This document shows, piece after piece, positions 28,115 to 32,000 of a stretch of DNA of 32,000 nt (its first letter is position 1; every line of letters begins with the position of its first letter). The DNA is taken from contig NC_006138.1 of the NCBI RefSeq assembly GCF_000025945.1, positions 1,050,001 through 1,082,000 on the forward strand, written 5' to 3'. This DNA comes from Desulfotalea psychrophila LSv54. Lineage in GTDB: Bacteria; Desulfobacterota; Desulfobulbia; Desulfobulbales; Desulfocapsaceae. The translations under genes and the position numbers were made by a program. The notes beneath the pieces were generated by a model, which ran no database searches, was not told the origin of the DNA, and saw only the letters and a program-made list of their open reading frames with translations.

Positions 28115-28331
28115 TGATTTTTGCAGAGCCCCTTCTGTTTTCCTGTGTTTATAGCTAGATTTCACTCTGTTTATCGCCCTTTATCGGGGAGAACGGGAGA
28201 AACCTATTCCCCTGAATTTGCAAGAAAACGTTAATTGTTGTAGACTCGTGCCCTCACATGATGCACTCAGGGGGCCTTTTGGAGGAGATGTTTTTTCTGC
28301 TTGGGCCCTTTATTACCAAGATGGAGGATAC

Positions 28332-29909
28332 ATGAAACAGGGTAGAGGGAAGTACAGTATTGATACAACAGACTATACCATTGGTCAGGACAACATCCAG
28401 AAATGGGGATTTGATGTTCATAATATCGTTTTTGGCGTAAGTGCCGGTTTGATCCTATTGTTTTTGCTTGCCACACTTTTCAGCGATCCACATACTGCAA
28501 AGATGGCGCTAGATGGTGTTAAGTGGAAGATCATAGCGAACTTTGATCTGCTATTTATCTGGTCGGTAAATATTTTTGTCCTGTTTTGCCTTGGTCTTAT
28601 TGTCTCGCCCTATGGGAAAATCCGCCTAGGTGGGGATGATGCTGTGCCTGATTACTCTGTCTGTTCCTGGTTGGCTATGCTTTTTGCCGCTGGCATGGCC
28701 ATTGGTCTTATGTTTTGGAGTGTTGCAGAACCTGTTGCTTACTTTACCGGTTGGTATAAGACACCCCTGAATGTGGTGCCTAATTCGCCTGAGGCTGCCC
28801 GCCTTGCCATGGGTGCCACTATGTTTCATTGGGGACTTCACCCCTGGGCCACCTATGCCGTTGTCGGTCTCTCCCTTGCCTATTTTACCTATAATAAGGG
28901 CTTGCCTCTCTCCATTCGTTCCATCTTTTATCCTATTTTGGGAGAGCGTGCCTGGGGTTGGGCTGGTCATATTGTTGATATTCTCGCTGTTTTGGCAACC
29001 CTCTTTGGTCTTGCTACATCTCTGGGGCTGGGTGCCCAGCAGGCAGCAAGTGGAATTAACAATGTCTTTGGTTTAGAGAACACCATTGGCCTGCAAATTG
29101 GTGTTATTTGTGGTGTTACCTTGCTGGCGACAATATCTGTTGTCCGGGGTATCGAGGGTGGCGTTAAGGTTTTAAGTAATATCAACATGATAATTGCTTT
29201 TTTCTTGCTTGTGGCAGTGATTGTTTTGGGTGGTGGTGTTGTTTTAAAGTCTCTGCCAACAACCATGGGTGCCTATCTGGAAAATATTATTCCACTCAGT
29301 AATCCGCACGGTCGTGAAGATCAGGCTTGGTTTCAGGGTTGGACTGTTTTTTACTGGGCCTGGTGGATCTCTTGGTCACCATGTGTGGGGATGTTTATTG
29401 CGCGGGTCTCCAAGGGGCGAACAATTCGTCAGTTCCTTATAGCAGTACTTATTGTCCCTACTCTCGTAACCTTTGTCTGGATGTCGACCTTTGGCGGAAT
29501 AGCCATTGATCAGGTGGTTAGAGGTGTGGGAGCTTTGGGCACAGAAGGTTTAAAGAGTGTTCCCTTGGCAATGTTTCAGATGTTTGATGTCCTGCCCTTT
29601 AGTAACTTTCTCTCCATCATAGGTATTATTCTGGTTCTGGTCTTTTTTATTACCTCGTCGGATTCCGCCTCTCTGGTCATTGATAGCATTACAGCAGGGG
29701 GTAAGGTGGAAGCCCCGGTCCCACAGCGAGTTTTTTGGGCCTTAACCGAGGGCGCTATTGCTGCAGCTCTGCTCTGGGTTGGTGGCACGGAGGCGATTCA
29801 AGCCCTGCAGGCAGGGGCAATTTGCACTGCCCTGCCCTTCACCGTGATCATTTTATTTATGTGTTTGAGTTTGATTTTAGGACTTCGGACAGAACCGAGA
29901 AAACTGTAA
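28332..29909 (+). CDS. BCCT-family (betaine/choline/carnitine) transporter
   Basis: MFWSVAEPVAYFTGW, FHWGLHPWATYAVVGL, VFYWAWWISWSPCVGMFIARVSKGRTIR, FFITSSDSASLVIDSI. Start at MKQGRGKYS (28332) preferred. Confidence 0.93.
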   Translation: MKQGRGKYSIDTTDYTIGQDNIQKWGFDVHNIVFGVSAGLILLFLLATLFSDPHTAKMALDGVKWKIIANFDLLFIWSVNIFVLFCLGLIVSPYGKIRLGGDDAVPDYSVCSWLAMLFAAGMAIGLMFWSVAEPVAYFTGWYKTPLNVVPNSPEAARLAMGATMFHWGLHPWATYAVVGLSLAYFTYNKGLPLSIRSIFYPILGERAWGWAGHIVDILAVLATLFGLATSLGLGAQQAASGINNVFGLENTIGLQIGVICGVTLLATISVVRGIEGGVKVLSNINMIIAFFLLVAVIVLGGGVVLKSLPTTMGAYLENIIPLSNPHGREDQAWFQGWTVFYWAWWISWSPCVGMFIARVSKGRTIRQFLIAVLIVPTLVTFVWMSTFGGIAIDQVVRGVGALGTEGLKSVPLAMFQMFDVLPFSNFLSIIGIILVLVFFITSSDSASLVIDSITAGGKVEAPVPQRVFWALTEGAIAAALLWVGGTEAIQALQAGAICTALPFTVIILFMCLSLILGLRTEPRKL

Positions 29910-29934
29910 CTGAGTGGGTGCATCCAATCTCTTC

Positions 29935-30654
29935 TTAGAGCCATAGAGTGGAGATTGGTGTTTCGTCAGAGTAGTGGTGGGCAATCTGCGCCTGCAAGAG
30001 CTCTGCCGTGGCAATGGCATCGGTGAGGGCGTGATGCACTTGGTAGTGTGGCAGCCCGTAGCGACTTCTGCTATTTGCTAAGCGGATGGACTCCGGATGT
30101 CGCCCCTTCAACCAGTTCCACAGGCCCCCCCTTTTTTTCTGCTGAATTATGGACTCTATCTGCATGGTATCAATAACGGGAAAAGCGATTCCTTCCCCGA
30201 GCAACTCATGGAGAGCCTTGTCCAGGAATTTTCTCTCTATTTCTCTGTAGTGGACAACCACAATCTTGCCGGCAAGTTCATTGAGTACCTCTTGCCATAC
30301 CTTGCCCAGACCTGGTGCATTGTTGATATCTGAATGGGTAATACCGTGGATAATTACAGAGTCTTCCCCCAGAGGACTATGGGGGTTTATCACCCAGTAA
30401 GCAGCTTTTTTACAGTAAATACGATGGGTGTCAAATGGGATGAGTCCGATGCTGAGAATGCCGTCTTTTTGCAGGTCAAGTCCCGTTGTCTCAAAGTCGA
30501 GGGCAACAAAGGGGATGTCTTGCAGGGGGGTATTCACATCCAGGTTGTAGGCAGAGTAAAATTTTTTCAACCCTGGATCTTTGGCCTTTTTTGCCTTCTC
30601 AGCAAGTATACTGGGCCAGTCACGGGGTCTGCTTTTTTTAAAAGATGGCATCAT
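29935..30654 (-). CDS. DEDDh 3'-5' exonuclease (PolIII epsilon-like)
   Basis: VALDFETTGLDLQKDGILSIG, HHALTDAIATAELL exonuclease motifs. Confidence 0.92.
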   Translation of the reverse strand: MMPSFKKSRPRDWPSILAEKAKKAKDPGLKKFYSAYNLDVNTPLQDIPFVALDFETTGLDLQKDGILSIGLIPFDTHRIYCKKAAYWVINPHSPLGEDSVIIHGITHSDINNAPGLGKVWQEVLNELAGKIVVVHYREIERKFLDKALHELLGEGIAFPVIDTMQIESIIQQKKRGGLWNWLKGRHPESIRLANSRSRYGLPHYQVHHALTDAIATAELLQAQIAHHYSDETPISTLWL

Positions 30655-32000
30655 TTATTTCAGGCTGTTTTGTTGGTAATGAAATTTAATATAATTTTGG
30701 GCGTTACTTAGTATTTGGAAGGCATCTTTGAGGTTGCGTCGCTCAAAATCAGACATGTTTTCAGGTTCAATATTATTGTCGGCCTCCATCTGTGCTTCGA
30801 TATCATATGCCTGATGGCGTAGACGTACCATGGAGATAAATTCCATTGCATCTCGCAGATCAGCGCCCCGACCCTCTGGTAGTATTCCCGCTTCAATGAT
30901 GTCATCCAGCCTCTCAAAGGAATTTTGGGCAGGTGAGCCGATGGCGAGGGCATGTACTCGAATAAGATCAGCAAGAGGTGCTGTCCCCCGCCGCTTTAGA
31001 TTCATAGAGTTTTTATGTTGACCATCTTTTTCCATAACGAAGGTTTTGAAAAAGCCAAGAGGAGGTGTTCTGCGCAGGGCATTTCTGGCCAGACAGGAGA
31101 GAAAACGTTTATTGTTTCGAGCCTTTCTGGAGATGAATCGATTCAGCTGGTCGGCCCATTTTGTTTGGCCACAAACACCATCGAGGTCGAAGAAAATACA
31201 GCTGTGGAGGAGTGCGAGAGGGTTTGGCGCATCTATCCAATCACCAAAGCACTCTTCCCAGTCACTGCGAGTCTTGCGCCATTCAGGGTTGGTGGCCATG
31301 ATTTCGCCGGCACAGGATTCATAGCCACAGGAGGTGAGGGCATCGCAGATATACTGGGCGAGTTTTTCAAAATACGGACCGTGTTTTTCCGGATTATAGC
31401 TGTCGTCGAGGATAATTGCATTGTCCTGATCGGTAACTATCAGCTGTTCGTCGCGGGCCATGGAACCCATGGTCAGAAAACAGTAGGGGATGGGAGGGTT
31501 ACCTAGTTCCTCTTCAGCCAGTTCAGCAAGGCGCTGGATGAAGCTCCTACCGATAACTGCCATTGCCGTGCCCACCATATGGGAGTTTGCATCTTCGTTG
31601 ACCATTCGGACAAAGCAATCTTTTACCTGGGCAGAGAGGTTGATCAGTTCTTCTCGTGATGATTGGAGGAATATACTGCTGACCAGCAGGAGGCTATTCT
31701 GTGACTCATAACGAACGATGTCGGTGATTTCAATAATGCCGATTGGTGTTTTGTTACGCAGTACTGGCAGGTGATGAATGTTATTACGCAACATGGTCAG
31801 CATTGCCTCAAAGACATAGGCGTTACTGTCTAGGAATATGAGATCCGTCGACATAACCTTGCTGACGGCTGTGTCACTGGAAACTCCTTCGGCAAGTACT
31901 CGGGAGCATAAATCTCTATCGGTGATGATGCCGGCAAAAGGCTCATCATCTTCAGACGTGTTTTCGGGAGGGCTGATAAGTATGGCGGAGACATTCTCTG
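30655..32000 (-). CDS. CBS-domain / DUF294 nucleotidyltransferase protein, partial (continues past window edge)
   Basis: CBS GIIEITDIVRYES, NTase YCFLTMGSMARDEQLIVTDQDNAIIL. The frame stays open from 31854 to the window edge (...FAGIITDRDLCSRVLAEGVSSDTAVSKVMSTDL...), so the listed 31854 start is probably internal. Confidence 0.88.
   Translation of the reverse strand, partial: ENVSAILISPPENTSEDDEPFAGIITDRDLCSRVLAEGVSSDTAVSKVMSTDLIFLDSNAYVFEAMLTMLRNNIHHLPVLRNKTPIGIIEITDIVRYESQNSLLLVSSIFLQSSREELINLSAQVKDCFVRMVNEDANSHMVGTAMAVIGRSFIQRLAELAEEELGNPPIPYCFLTMGSMARDEQLIVTDQDNAIILDDSYNPEKHGPYFEKLAQYICDALTSCGYESCAGEIMATNPEWRKTRSDWEECFGDWIDAPNPLALLHSCIFFDLDGVCGQTKWADQLNRFISRKARNNKRFLSCLARNALRRTPPLGFFKTFVMEKDGQHKNSMNLKRRGTAPLADLIRVHALAIGSPAQNSFERLDDIIEAGILPEGRGADLRDAMEFISMVRLRHQAYDIEAQMEADNNIEPENMSDFERRNLKDAFQILSNAQNYIKFHYQQNSLK

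Overview
The window looks like ordinary chromosome of a sulfate-reducer-like deltaproteobacterium (taxonomy inferred from gene content only). No rRNA, tRNA, CRISPR array or transposase was seen. Left to right it holds: a beta-carbonic anhydrase; a decayed Fe-alcohol dehydrogenase and an HxlR regulator with an in-frame TGA; an ArsR / ArsP-like permease / thiol-redox / DGC / thioredoxin / CcdA operon; three tandem Fe-ADH paralogues; an adh4 / PAS histidine kinase / sigma54 response-regulator operon; an aromatic amino acid permease; a membrane-anchored IscU/NifU-N-like protein; feoB and feoA; two unlisted paralogous 38-aa ORFs; a cold-shock gene; an MBL-fold protein; two recently duplicated dCache-type chemoreceptors; a BCCT transporter; a DEDD exonuclease; and a CBS/DUF294 protein. 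The strongest system-level signal is the alcohol dehydrogenase regulon. Each of the three tandem adh genes has a -24/-12 sigma54-type promoter. Each also has a set of GGGRCA-N3-TGTCYC palindromes with conserved geometry: one proximal site about 54-56 bp upstream of the promoter, and a distal pair exactly 31 bp apart. These sites sit beside a kinase/EBP pair that plausibly controls them. The second strongest signal is the tandem pair of 38-aa ORFs on the minus strand (21169-21285 and 21388-21504), with a hairpin between them and a strong terminator after them.
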